A DNA stretch of 64,000 nucleotides from Schmidtea polychroa (Eukaryota), in contig CM097885.1 in assembly GCA_044892525.1 (NCBI GenBank), forward strand, positions 10,604,001-10,668,000, written 5' to 3'. Below are positions 1-11,627 of this stretch, in pieces. Made by a program: the position numbers and the translations under genes. Each line of letters begins with the position of its first letter. The stretch's first letter is position 1. The notes under the pieces are model-generated. The model had not been told where the DNA came from. It did not search any database and saw only the letters and a program-made list of their open reading frames with translations.

Positions 1-1446
1 TCTCATATCTTTTGTAGATATTTGTATAATATTGTTTCTCTTTCATTAGTGTGACCTTGACATTTAATAGTGTTTTAATTTAATAAATTCATGTTATTTT
101 TATTGTTAATAATTTGGTCTAAAAATAGTAAACTATTATTTGACATGTAATTAAATTTTAATTAAATTTGATATTATATATTTAATAATAAATGAAAATA
201 TAATCATAAAGGAAATAAAACTTTGTTAAAATTAATGGAAAATAATTTTTAAGTAATTTTCAAGTAGGCCGTAAAAATACAAAAAAATTGAATTTTTCTA
301 TAGAAATTTGTTATAATCATGTATACAAAAAACAAACAAACAAAAAAAATTAATTATTAAATTTTCGTATATATTTTTATTGGACCCAAAAATTTTTTTA
401 TCAATTATAAAATGCTTTTCCTTACAAATAATTTTGGGAAATCTTTTTCTAATTGAAGTAATTTTCTTCTTGTTTTGTGACTTCGATCTATCCTTTTTAT
501 CAAGTTTTGAATATTTATAAACTATATCTCAATTATAAATTACATTTTTCGATGCTTTTTTCATATATTTCCTATAATTTCCTGCAATTAATCATCATTT
601 TTCAAATTTCTAAAATCGTTTACAGTTGGAAATTTTTAATAAATTATAATTTACATTACTCTCTTGCTTTTCTCTTTTAGTCATGGAAAGTTTGAATGTG
701 ATGAAATGCTAGAAAAACCCTCAAATTTCATAATTTTATAATTAAAAATTTCTCCAATATAGATTACTGCCAATAATTTTTGTTTGTCTGTGTGTATTTT
801 ATATTATAGGATTGTTATGTGTGTGTGTGTGTTTGTATTTTATTTTTTTCACCAAACCTATTTTTCTTCCTTTTCTACACCAAAGTGCATAAATTAAGAT
901 ATAGTCTATGACATAATTAAATTATATATAGAAAGAATAAACACCCTTACTTAAAACAAGGACAACTATTAATGGCATTGTCATAAACTACGAGACTTTA
1001 TTATAGAAAGAATTGATATTGATTTTTATAGGAGATGTAAAGTATGAAAGGCTTAGAGTTCCCGATGTGGAGTTTGTTTCCATATATGAATGCGAATTAT
1101 TTTGTAATGGGTTTACAATAGTTTGATCTCTTTTTCGTAGGTAAATTGAAATGTAGTTTTATATAATTTGTTAAAATATATTGTAAAACAGACGTACAGT
1201 TTAAAAGATTTGATATAACAGTCGAAATATGAAATATTTAAAATCTATAATAATGTAAAATTTTTTTTATTTATTTTATTGTGTAATAATTTGCAATATT
1301 TTTTATAGAAAGTAGAACTGTGATAAAATCGAAAAATTATTAAAAATGGCTTCTTTGTCTTTAATTATGAAATATTTATGAGTTTAAAAATTTTTAATTT
1401 TAAAATGGAAGTTCCATTTGTCCTTAAAATTTTTGTAATTTCTTAC

Positions 1447-1602
1447 TTTTTATGCATGGTGTTTCGGTTGAGTTAGTCTGTCTAAATCCTGATGCGCATC
1501 TATTGCACATTTCTCCAGTTACACCACTTTTACATAGGCATTGCCCTGTTCTTTTATCGCATCTATCCGGAAATTTAGCTCCAATAATATGACAAGTACA
1601 CT
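1447..1602 (-). CDS. netrin: Netrin coding exon 3 (laminin-type EGF repeat 3)
   Basis: Manual translation KCTCHIIGAKFPDRCDKRTGQCLCKSGVTGEMCNRCASGFRQTNSTETPCIK; AG acceptor at 1604-1603 and GTAAG donor from 1446; phase 1 at both ends, continuous with exon 2. Not in the ORF track. Confidence 0.9.
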
Positions 1603-2385
1603 CTATAATAATAATATAAACACTAATAAATTAATATAAAGATATATAATATGTTTTTGATAATTTTATGGAAGGGCCTTCAACATATGTATAATTAAAA
1701 GCATTACTAATAAATAATAATAATAAACGATCCAGACATTCAAACCTTAATCCAGTAAACATATAGTTAATCATACTTAATAAGAAGTTACATAATATAA
1801 TACAATATCACGGCAATCAAATATCTCATTGCAATTACATCACAATAGTAATATCTATGAAAATTATTGATTTATAAAACATGCTTTAACAACAATGTAA
1901 AAGAAACAAATAGACACAAATAATTTTATATATAAAAAGTAAATAATTAAAGTTAAATTAGAATAAATATTAAATCAAAATAATTTTTAATTTCTAATTG
2001 ATTGACTTTTTATTTTTTTGATCAACAATTTTTTATAATAAAAATTAGTATTCACCTGACCTCGAAAAAACTCGGTGTATGAAGCTTATATAACCCAAAT
2101 GTTATTAAATTTGGTGTAAAAACAATTAATAATATAAAATGGGGGTAAGTGAAAATTAATTTTTTTTGGTATGATTGTGATATTTGTCGTGGTTAGCAGG
2201 GAGTGGTCAGTTTCCGGTGTCTGTTTGAAAAACGCCATATGTTCGATTTTATTATATGGTTCTGACTAAAGCCAAATAAACTTGATTAATTTCGTTAAAT
2301 ATCTAATCAAATATCATTATTCTTTTTAAACAAAAATTGGAGAAATTAAAAAATAAAAAAACAAACGATGTTGTGAAGAGAGTGA

Positions 2386-2474
2386 AGAAAATGACCAAAT
2401 TCAAAATTATATTTTCTTGTTTTTATCACAAATTAAAACAAGAATAATAATATTAATTCTTTAATATTATTACA
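2386..2474 (-). repeat. 3' LTR (terminal 11 bp missing)
   Basis: 89 bp matching 5950-6038 with one mismatch. Confidence 0.93.
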
Positions 2475-5400
2475 TGTCTCTCTCTAGTGTCCATTCGACG
2501 TAAAGGTTAAGAGGTCTTCTTGATCTCTGACTTCTCACTCGGTTATCGCCGTGGGGCATAGTCTCCGTTAAGAGAGAAGGCTGATATGAATTGTCCTCGG
2601 CGTTCTTCTGAGAAGTAAACGTTTTTTCTGTTGCTTTTTTGGTGTCTGGGGAGTATATCTGATTATTACTTGATAGTCGTAAGACAGGCTCCTCTCCCTC
2701 GACGTCCATTATCCACGACGTGTTTCTTCCTTTTGGCATAAGATATTGCTGATTTGTTAACTCATGATTCGAGGACGGCTTGTATCCGACTGATTGGCCT
2801 TGGTCGAATGTGCTCACTATTGGTCTTCTAATCTGCCTTCCAAAAACCATTTCCGCCGGAGATTTACCATAAAAGTTTGCTGAGATGCGATGATAAAATA
2901 ACATCTTCTGGAGGAAGACGTCAAATTCCATATAACACTGGCTTAGCTTCCAACATTTGATCCCCTTCTTTATTGTCTGGACAGCTCTCTCTGCCCTCCC
3001 ATTTGCCATTGGAAAGTAAGGCGGAGATTCTATCTTTCGAGCTCCTTGATTATCAATCCATGCTAAAAATTCTTTTGATGTAAACTCAGGAGCGTTGTCG
3101 GATACTATGCATTCTGGTATTCCGAATCTGGTGAATACTGTTCGTAGGCATTTGATGACGTTTTCAGTTGTGCGTTCTTTGGTTCTAAAGGCTTCGATCC
3201 ATCCCGATCCTGAATCAACGATTATTAAAATGTTTCCGACGTCTCGGGAGTACGCCCAATCTATGTGAAGTCTTTCAAAGGGTGTGGCGTTTGGCCACTC
3301 GTGGACTGTCTTCTGTTTCTGGGGGCGTAATGTAGAACAGATTTCACATTTTTCCACATATTGTTCAATGTCTCTCGTTATACCAGGCCACCATGCTGCG
3401 TTTTGAATCATCCTGCATTCTAGCATAGCTCAATGTCTTAAAATCGACCGCTTGATTACTAAATCGTAATCTCGTCAATGCATCCGCAAGAGTAATTTCT
3501 TTTCCTGGAACATGTGTAATGATGTAATCATATTGCATCAGATTTAAAGCCCATTTCGTAATTCGCAGAGAAGTATGATCGAGTATTGCTTGATTACTTC
3601 CTAATAAATATATGAGCGGGCGGTGGTCAGTTTGTAATGTAAATTTTCGCCCTAATAGAAAGTGGCTCAATCTTGAAATTTACCAGACTATGGCTAATGC
3701 TTCTCTTTCTATATTAGAGTAGTTCTTTTCTGCTTCCGATAATGTCCTCGAGACGAATATGACTGGATGTCCTTCTTGTGTGGGGACTGCTCCTATGGCT
3801 TCTTTCGATGCATCTGTGGTTAATGTTGCTTCTTTTTTTAGACAATACGATCTAACTATGGGATGGGAACTTAGTTCCGTTTTTAGCTTATCAAAACTTT
3901 CTTGACATTCCTTTGACCATATGAATTGAGCTTCTTCTTTTCGGAGGTTATTTACCGGTGATATTTTATTCGAGAATTGTGGTATCAACCGGCCGAAATA
4001 ATTTACTAAGCCTATAAAACTTTCAACTTCTTTTTTGTTGGATGGCACTGATATATCTTGTATTTTATTGACCAGCTTTTGGTCCGGTTGGATGCCTCGG
4101 CTTGAAATACTGAATCCGAGGAACGTTATTTCGTCGACATATTCGATTGATTTCTCCTTGTTTATTGTAATCTTTTTTTCTTTTAATCTTTGCTTTACCG
4201 CCTCTAATCGTTTTTTCAGAGCCTCGTCATTCTCTCCAAAGACTAATATATCGTCTTGATAGATTAAAATGCCTTTTATATCGGCTAGTATGTCTTCCAT
4301 TGTTCTCTGGAATATAGAAGATGAGTTCTTCATATCCATTTGTAGGCGGTTGACGTAGAATAGACCTTTCGAGGTATTTATGATGGAAAGTTGCCTTGCA
4401 TTATTGTCTAGTTCAATTTGCCAATATGCCGATTTCAGATCTATCTTTGCGAATCTTTTTGCATTCTTCATACGGGCAAAAATAGTCTCAATATTTGGCA
4501 GAGGATACGTTTCAGTTTTAATCTTACGGTTTACGTGGACCTTGAAATCAACGCATATGCGCAATTCCCCGTTGTCTTTCTTGATCCATACAACTGGTGA
4601 ACAATTGGCAACTGGATCGCGACAAGGGGAGATTATACCCATTTCTTCTAGGCGTAGGAGCTCAGCGTTGACTCCGCTCTCTAATGCTAACGGTACTGGT
4701 CTTGCTCTGCAAAAGAAATTATTAGCATCTTTTAAGAGTTCCATTTTTGCCTGTACACCTCGTATACTTGGAAGGAAGTTGCTCGATTTATTCTTTGCTG
4801 TTGCTGAATTGATGGTCATAGTATCTTCAATAATATCTTGTCCCAACAATCCATATGATTTCTCTGATTCAATAACTGTTAACTTGATAGCATGAATTCT
4901 TTTTTCCGTTTCTACTTCTGCTGTGAAGTAACCTAGGCATTTCATAATGTGACTGTCGTAGGCTGTGAGTTTCATATTATGATGTTTTAGCTTCGGTTCA
5001 CCCAAGTCTTTCCAAAGTTTCGACGAAATTATAGAGACATCTGCTCCCGTATCGATTTGCATCTGAATTTTGTTTGAGTTTATTAAGCATCTTACCAATT
5101 CTTTGTGACATGAATTTACTGCACATATGGATCCTATGTCCAATTCTGTAGAGCTTTCTATAACGGAATTCACTTGCTTATTTTGTTTGTTCTGCACTGA
5201 TAGGCATACAATTGCGAAGTGATTCGGTTTTGAACAGTTTAGGCATTTTTTCCCGAAAGCTGGACATTTTCCTCGGGCGTGGTCTGACCCACAAAACTTG
5301 CATTTTGTTATTGATTTCTGCTCTCTTCTGATATAGTGTAGCTCCTTGTTGTCTTCTTCTGATTCTGCAGGGGTTACGTTCTTGTTGATGAAGCTTTTCA

Positions 5401-5938
5401 ATTGCTCCATGTTTTGAACGAACTCTTTGATGTCGTCGACGCTTGGTTCCGAATGGCCTATCTTTTCCAACAAACGCTTTTTAGATTCACTGTCATGTAA
5501 TCCTGCAATTAGTGACATTGTAATCATGTCTTCTGTCGGATCTGTTGATTCCTTTAGTTTTGAGAATTGACAGAATTCGGCTCCCTTTCTTAGTCTGAGA
5601 ATGAAATCGCTGATTCCTTCTGATTCCTTCTGCTTTAATGAGAAAAATTTATTTCTTTCTGCTATCACTAGTCTTGTCTTTGGTTGTAAGAACGATTTTA
5701 TAGTTCTTTAGATTTCTTCGTATTTGACTGTTTGAATATTTCTCGGGGACAGCATTGATATGACTTTGCCAAGGGCCTCGAACCCGCATACGGCAATGAA
5801 ATTGTCTGTTATTACATTCTGTTTATCCAAATCAATCCATTTGTTAATTCGAGTCATTGCACTGAATGTCATCATCAATGTTTGACATTGATCTGCATTT
5901 GTGAGATCTAATACCGAAAATCCTGCTCGTGACGCCAT
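2470..5938 (-). pseudogene. gag-pol polyprotein pseudogene
   Basis: Double Zn knuckle CKFCGSDH..C / CLNCSKPNHFAIVC, protease IDTGAD, RT YQDD, RNase H TDASK / EREALA / TDHRPL, integrase DWA / SDNAPEF / ERAV. In-frame TAA at 5708-5710 and 3680-3682; frameshift with apparent deletion near 3430 (first half of the integrase HHCC is missing). Confidence 0.93.
5919..5937 (-). promoter_or_regulatory. Primer binding site, probably tRNA-Ser
   Basis: Minus strand TGGCGTCACGAGCAGGATT lies 1 nt from the 5' LTR; its complement AATCCTGCTCGTGACG-CCA resembles the 3' end of eukaryotic tRNA-Ser(CGA), from recall. Confidence 0.8.
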
Positions 5939-6038
5939 TGTTACAATTCAGAAAATGAGCAAATTCAAAATTATATTTTCTTGTTTTTATCACAAATTAA
6001 AACAAGAATAATAATATTAATTCTTTAATATTATTACA
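5939..6038 (-). repeat. 5' LTR, 100 bp
   Basis: TG...CA termini; followed on the plus strand by AAGAG, the candidate TSD. Confidence 0.93.
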
Positions 6039-6082
6039 AAGAGTTTAATTTAGACTTTTCAAAACTTCATTAAATATTTGTT

Positions 6083-6085
<3 letters not shown>

Positions 6086-6149
<64 letters not shown>
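6086..6149. repeat. (TA)n microsatellite
   Basis: Directly visible. Confidence 0.97.
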
Positions 6150-6153
<4 letters not shown>

Positions 6154-6787
6154 CTTTAAACTAAAAATTAAAAACAGATAAAACATATTAAAAATGAAAA
6201 TCGATTAATAGTAAAATTAATCAATTATAAATATATTATTAAAATATTTTTCATTTATATTAATTTAATGAAGTGAAATTGATTGGATAACAGTGATAAA
6301 GGTTGTGCGAAAGATTTGTTACGAGTTCCATTGATTAAAATATTACAAATAAATTGAAAGTATTCAATCAATGGTGAATAATATTAGCTATTTCAAAAAT
6401 AACTTTGAAAACTGTCAAGTTAATATGTTTTCTATAATTGCTTTTCATCCATATTAGTATGAATTTTATATCTTTTTCCTCGTGTATTATAATATTTTTC
6501 ACGTATACAGGGAAATCCCATTTAACGTTATTTAGATTGTTTCAATATTGGATAAATATATGAAATTAAAAAATTAAAGAAAGAAATAAATTCAATTTTG
6601 TTAACGTTACGAAATGAAGTGCAAAATTAGTGAGGCAATATCTGTCTACCACAAGTTTGTTATGGAGGAATGTAAAAAATTAACACTCGAAATATTTTTC
6701 AAAAATTAACTTAAATCATTTTTATTAAATAAAATAATTTATATATATAATTAAATATTATAAGAAGATGCTACTCGAATATACGTT

Positions 6788-6827
6788 TTACGATATATTT
6801 CGACAGTTTCTCTGTCATCGTCAGATA
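6788..6827 (-). ncRNA. Minimal type I hammerhead ribozyme motif (Penelope-like element type)
   Basis: Minus strand TAT-CTGACGA-T-GACAG-AGAAA-CTGTC-GAAA-TATA-TC-GTA: catalytic core, 5-bp stem II, palindromic stem III; stem I is only 3 bp. Confidence 0.6.
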
Positions 6828-9460
6828 GGATAGTATAGTTATTATATCCTATGAGACAATCGTTGCTATGTATGTTTAATTATTTGTTCATAATTTAATA
6901 TTAAATGATAACTCTAAATTATTGAAGAATATTCCGAAAATTTAATATATTACAATTTTAATAATTGAAAGTTTTAAACAAAATAGTGATTGATAAAAAA
7001 TAATTAAATAAACATAAAGATTGTCATTTATTATTATTTTTTTTTATTATTTATTATTATCTCATATATAATATAATAAATAATTTAAACAGAATCTGTA
7101 ATTGAAACAATTAAAAATTAGTTTTTTCATTAATTTATAATTATATTTTCATTAAATACTAATTAATAATTAATTCATGGTAAGCAAACATGACTTTTAT
7201 ATTCTTGAATGAAATCTAGTTGCATTTTGGAAAATTTTAATTTTAAAAAATATGGGATCGGGGACGGAAAAGAATTCTCAATTTGACAAAACCTGCCGGG
7301 TAATTATTTATAAATTTCAGCTGGAGACAAATCCAGTTTCATTTCCTCAGAATCGACTTATTAAAAAGAATTATTTTGTTTAAACGTAAAATGTGATTAC
7401 TTTGATATTAAATTAAATCAATTGAATTTATCTTTTGCACAAAAAGAAAATAATTTTTTAAAAAATCAGAAAAAATTGCTAGTAAATAATTCAGTTCGAG
7501 GTTTCATAGCGTAATTATCTCTGACAATAGTGGCTGTCGAAACTGTAATTGTTATTATTTATTTGTTTAAATGAGGACTATTGGGGGATGTAAAATGTTA
7601 TAGATTGTAACGCCATCAGCAAGCTTTATTCAGCTTCTCGAAAATATAAATAAGGGGAAAACGTAAGCGTTTGAGAATTCATATAAGGTGCTTCACCGTA
7701 TGGAGTGATGGAGCTTTATGGGATGTTACAGCTGGTAATAAATGAAAATGAATACTAAACATTTGATTTAATGGGGAAAGATCTAAACTAAAAGATATCA
7801 TTAGAACTGTCTTCTCATCGTTAGATTAGGCAACCCGCCATGTTCGGTGGCAACTGAATTAATAAATCATCGAATTGTAAAACCGTTATATGTATATTAC
7901 AGGAAATGAACCAAAAAGAACCAAGAACCAAATGTCTTAGCAATTTATCGTAAATGGCTTTTCAGGAATTCAGTGGTTTACGTAATCATTATTTCATAAT
8001 ATTTTAATAGGTTAAAGGTTATTCCAATATTATATGGATGAGATTTATTGATGTTAATATCAAGAAACGCGGACTATTAAGTGGAAATAGATCAAAAAAG
8101 TCTATAGAGACATTGAAGGTTTTGGTATCTTAGTAAAAAGTCTCACACAATAGTATTTGGAAGTGTCACTGCTGAACGAACCCTAGAAAATATCTAGGTC
8201 AACTCAGAATTGTATTAAGGTCACGAAAATATATGGTGTTTGTATACAAAAAATGCATGCTTTTGATAGAAATGAGCTTCAAAGTCTCTAAATTAAAATG
8301 TAGATTACGCCATAATATAATAAATTTTATATATTATGAAAATCAGATTATTCTTATATTATAGAATTATAATCTTATTCTTTAACACATGGCGAGACAG
8401 TGAATAGCATAAGCATCAAATGCCATAATATATCAACTTTCATATATTATAAAACAGATAAACTTATATTATAGATTTAAAATTGTACTCCTTAACACAT
8501 GGGGAGACTTTTATCATAATTTGAACAAATATTTAAACTATTGTGATCCAGAAGTTGTAATAATAACAGGAATAAATATCTCAGAATTAATTCATATGGA
8601 TCATTTTAAGAATAAATGTTGTACCGAAGATGTTTTGAAAATTGTGCTTTTTGTACAAATAATATATGAGATACTTGTGGAGATGATAGTTGCATAAATT
8701 TTGTGAATGTATGGAAAGGAGAAGTAATTCATGTATTACTTGTTGAATTGCATAAAATGTATTGTTGCAATATTTTGGATAAAATTAAAAATGTTTAAAA
8801 TTATATTTGTTTTGTAATGATATCACCTTAATTTACCTATGACCTTTAAACTTCATGTTTTTGTTTACAAAAAATCATGTCGGATTTGGGTTATTAACAT
8901 AAAAATGAAACAATTGATATGCGGTCGTATAGTTATTTGAAACCTTGTTTACAATGTAAATTGTATAAATATCTGATTCAAATCATTACTGAATACAACC
9001 ACAAATGAATCATTAATTTACAGGTTTGTTGTTCCTTGTGAATATTCCATTTTATTTAAGGTAACTTTGTAAAAATTACTTTGGATTAATTAATTTATTT
9101 ATTTTGTTTTTAGGAATCAATGAAAAAGATGTTTTAATAATGTTAGATTTTCAAAAATCAAGTTTGATGATAAGGTTATATGGGGCCAATTTTTTCCGAC
9201 AATGACTGAAGATATTGAATTTAATGAAGAAATATTTATCTAATGCGATTTGAAAGGAATTCCCGATGATGAGAAGATGAGTAAAATAACAACGCTCATT
9301 CAAGGATATAATGTGAGCAGAGATGAAATTAAGACACTTTGGAAGATTATAAAAGCCGAAGAAAAGTTCGACAACGAACTCTGTGTAGTTTAATAATGTT
9401 TCACTATTTTTAGAATTTTATGACAATAAATCTTAATTAGTGTTTAGTGATGACATTTTA

Positions 9461-9544
<84 letters not shown>

Positions 9545-9558
9545 TATAATTATAATAA
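9461..9558. repeat. (AAT)n microsatellite
   Basis: Directly visible. Confidence 0.97.
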
Positions 9559-10619
9559 TTTTAAGTTATAACTTGTTTCAAAAAATAACTAAATTAAGTT
9601 CTAAATTTATTAATTATCACATGTATAGTTCTCATCTTCACTATTTCCTTTCATTATATTTTTAACAGCATGATCAAAAAAAAATTAGGAAAATCATTAG
9701 ATTTATTCAACTTTTTGTTTAGGAGCATTTAATTATTTATCAATTATAGAGTCCTCAATATATGACATAATTTCTCCACTAACTAATTCATTACATTCAT
9801 GACCATTTTCTTGTTTAGATTCATTTTCAGATTCATCAATTGTAATTAATAAAGATTTGAATATTCATATGTTACCCTTTACTGACATATTTGACATTAA
9901 TTTAAACTGAATTAAAATTTTGTTTATATCTTAACTTGATGTAACATTATTTAATATCAGGGCTGGCGGCGAAAATTTATTTTTGAAATTTTAATTTAAA
10001 TTTACAAAATACCACGTCAGCCCATTCGGTGTGGCCGCGGGTGGCTAATGATTTTAATCTTTGTACTTTTTAATAAATATATATCAACATGTTTTGTGTG
10101 TGTGCGATTTCAAAAATTTGATGTTTAAAAAATAAAGTCTTAGAAATTGTTTTTAATTATTTTTAAAATTTGGCTTTTTTCTGTCTTTTTGGGTTTTGGG
10201 GATTTTTTAATTTTGGAAATTTTTCAGTTTGGAAATTTATTTTGTGAATTTTTAATTATGGGAGGTTTCTGTGTTGGGAAGTTTTTTACATAAATTCCTT
10301 ATAAATATTTTATAAATGTCCTTGTATATTTAATAAAAGAAAAATATACTGTTTATTTTCTAAAATAGAAATATTTTCAATAAATAAATATCCTTGCATT
10401 TTACATGTAAAATTTATTTCTATAATAGTGTGGTGTCACCTACAATTTGTTATTATTTTTCCAAGTATTTTTGACCTATATAAAATTTAGAAAAATTTCG
10501 CAAAAAATCAATAAGTTGATCTACAATTTTTATATATAAGAATTTATTTTTATAATAAAGTGGTTGTTCGTAATTACACACTATGTATTTTTGTGACCTA
10601 CATAAAATTCTGAGTTGAT

Positions 10620-11150
10620 CTAGATATTTTCTAGTTGAGAGGGGATTGGTCCAGTGGTGACACTTCCATTTACTAACTGTGTAAAAGATAGATTTAATGA
10701 GATAATAGAAGTTTGGTTAGAAAAAAGCTGTCTGCTCATTATTACGGTGAAATCAAAGTCATTCTTTTTTAATAGCGGTCATTTAATAGAACTAAGCAAA
10801 ATTAAGACCGACGTGTCGTTGAAAGCCATGTCAAGGGGTTGATTTGGATATCTTGTGATTGGTCTTAATGTAATGCTCAATATCATGATGGTTGTATTGG
10901 TACGTATATTCTTTTAGACCAAGTTCATCAGTAAGGTCGCGAATTCTTTTATAGATGAAAATTATTAAAACAGTTGTAGTTTTAAGGGATTTATCAGCTA
11001 CATTTGAGTAAGTTTGGATTTGAAGTGCATCTTTAACATATCAATTAAAGTTGTTTAAATTAAGTCAAAATTTATATATCAACTGATTGGGCCACCATGT
11101 GTATAATTGAGAGTTAACACTTTCTGAAATTGTTAGAAATTCAGAATTCA
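10620..11150 (-). mobile_element. Highly degraded Gypsy pol remnant (tentative)
   Basis: Stop-ridden fragments HDIEHYIKT and PLLKKNDFDF..EQTAF resemble pre-RT and RT/RH linker segments. Confidence 0.3.
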
Positions 11151-11438
11151 TATTATCTGTAATTCTAAAATAAGTCCTTCGAGATTCATACTTCCAACAA
11201 AAGACTCACAATTTTCTAATTCAAGGTCAAATTAGGTATTCAAAAGGACCTTCAAAAGGTAAACAGTGATTTGTCAAAAGGAATTTTTAAAACAAGGAGT
11301 TGACTAACTTTTTTCATGTAATATATATTTTTATGTAAATCCATGATAACTAAAATTTAGCAATTAAATTTTAGGGTACTTTAAAAGCGTGTTCTTTATG
11401 GTCGAGCAATATTAAAATATTTTAGGAGAGAAAATTAC

Positions 11439-11627
11439 TTTTACAAACGAATTTATGGTCCAATGGCTTAGTCCAATCTCTGTAGTAGCCATCATTGCAA
11501 TAATGACATCTTACTCCTGCTGTATGATGTTGACAGTTTGTACATACGCCTCCAGTTAATTGTTTTCGAAGGATGTATAGGTCTTGGCTGAAGTAGCAGT
11601 TTGATGAGTGCAAATTGCATTCACATT
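11439..11627 (-). CDS. netrin: Netrin coding exon 2 (laminin-type EGF repeat 2)
   Basis: KCECNLHSSNCYFSQDLY...GGVCTNCQHHTAGVRCHYCNDGYYRD...CK; 189 bp, AG/GT bounded, phase 1-1. Confidence 0.93.

Larger units (their letters stand above)
2386..6038 (-). mobile_element. Ty3/Gypsy LTR retrotransposon (Mag-like), disrupted, in netrin intron 2
   Basis: Near-identical LTRs at 2386-2474 and 5939-6038, tRNA-type PBS, purine tract (minus AGAGAGAGACA, about 2475-2485) and gag-PR-RT-RH-IN domain order. Confidence 0.95.

Noticed and set aside
940..1250. Possible netrin C345C exon (minus-strand SLVVYDNAINSCPCF followed by GTAAG)
   Set aside because: An in-frame stop lies immediately upstream and there is no convincing acceptor, so no exon could be built.
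4035..4895. Plus-strand ORFs over the Gypsy pol, and similar antisense ORFs over hAT, eIF3b, pPolB and integrase
   Set aside because: Shadow frames of real genes on the opposite strand.
7519..7548. Second hammerhead-like motif (CTGACAA...GTCGAAAC)
   Set aside because: The core GA is mutated and the stems do not form.
9960..10050. GC-rich patch resembling a Helitron 3' end (also 2045-2080)
   Set aside because: The hairpin is imperfect, CTRR is not intact, and no matching 5' end was defined.
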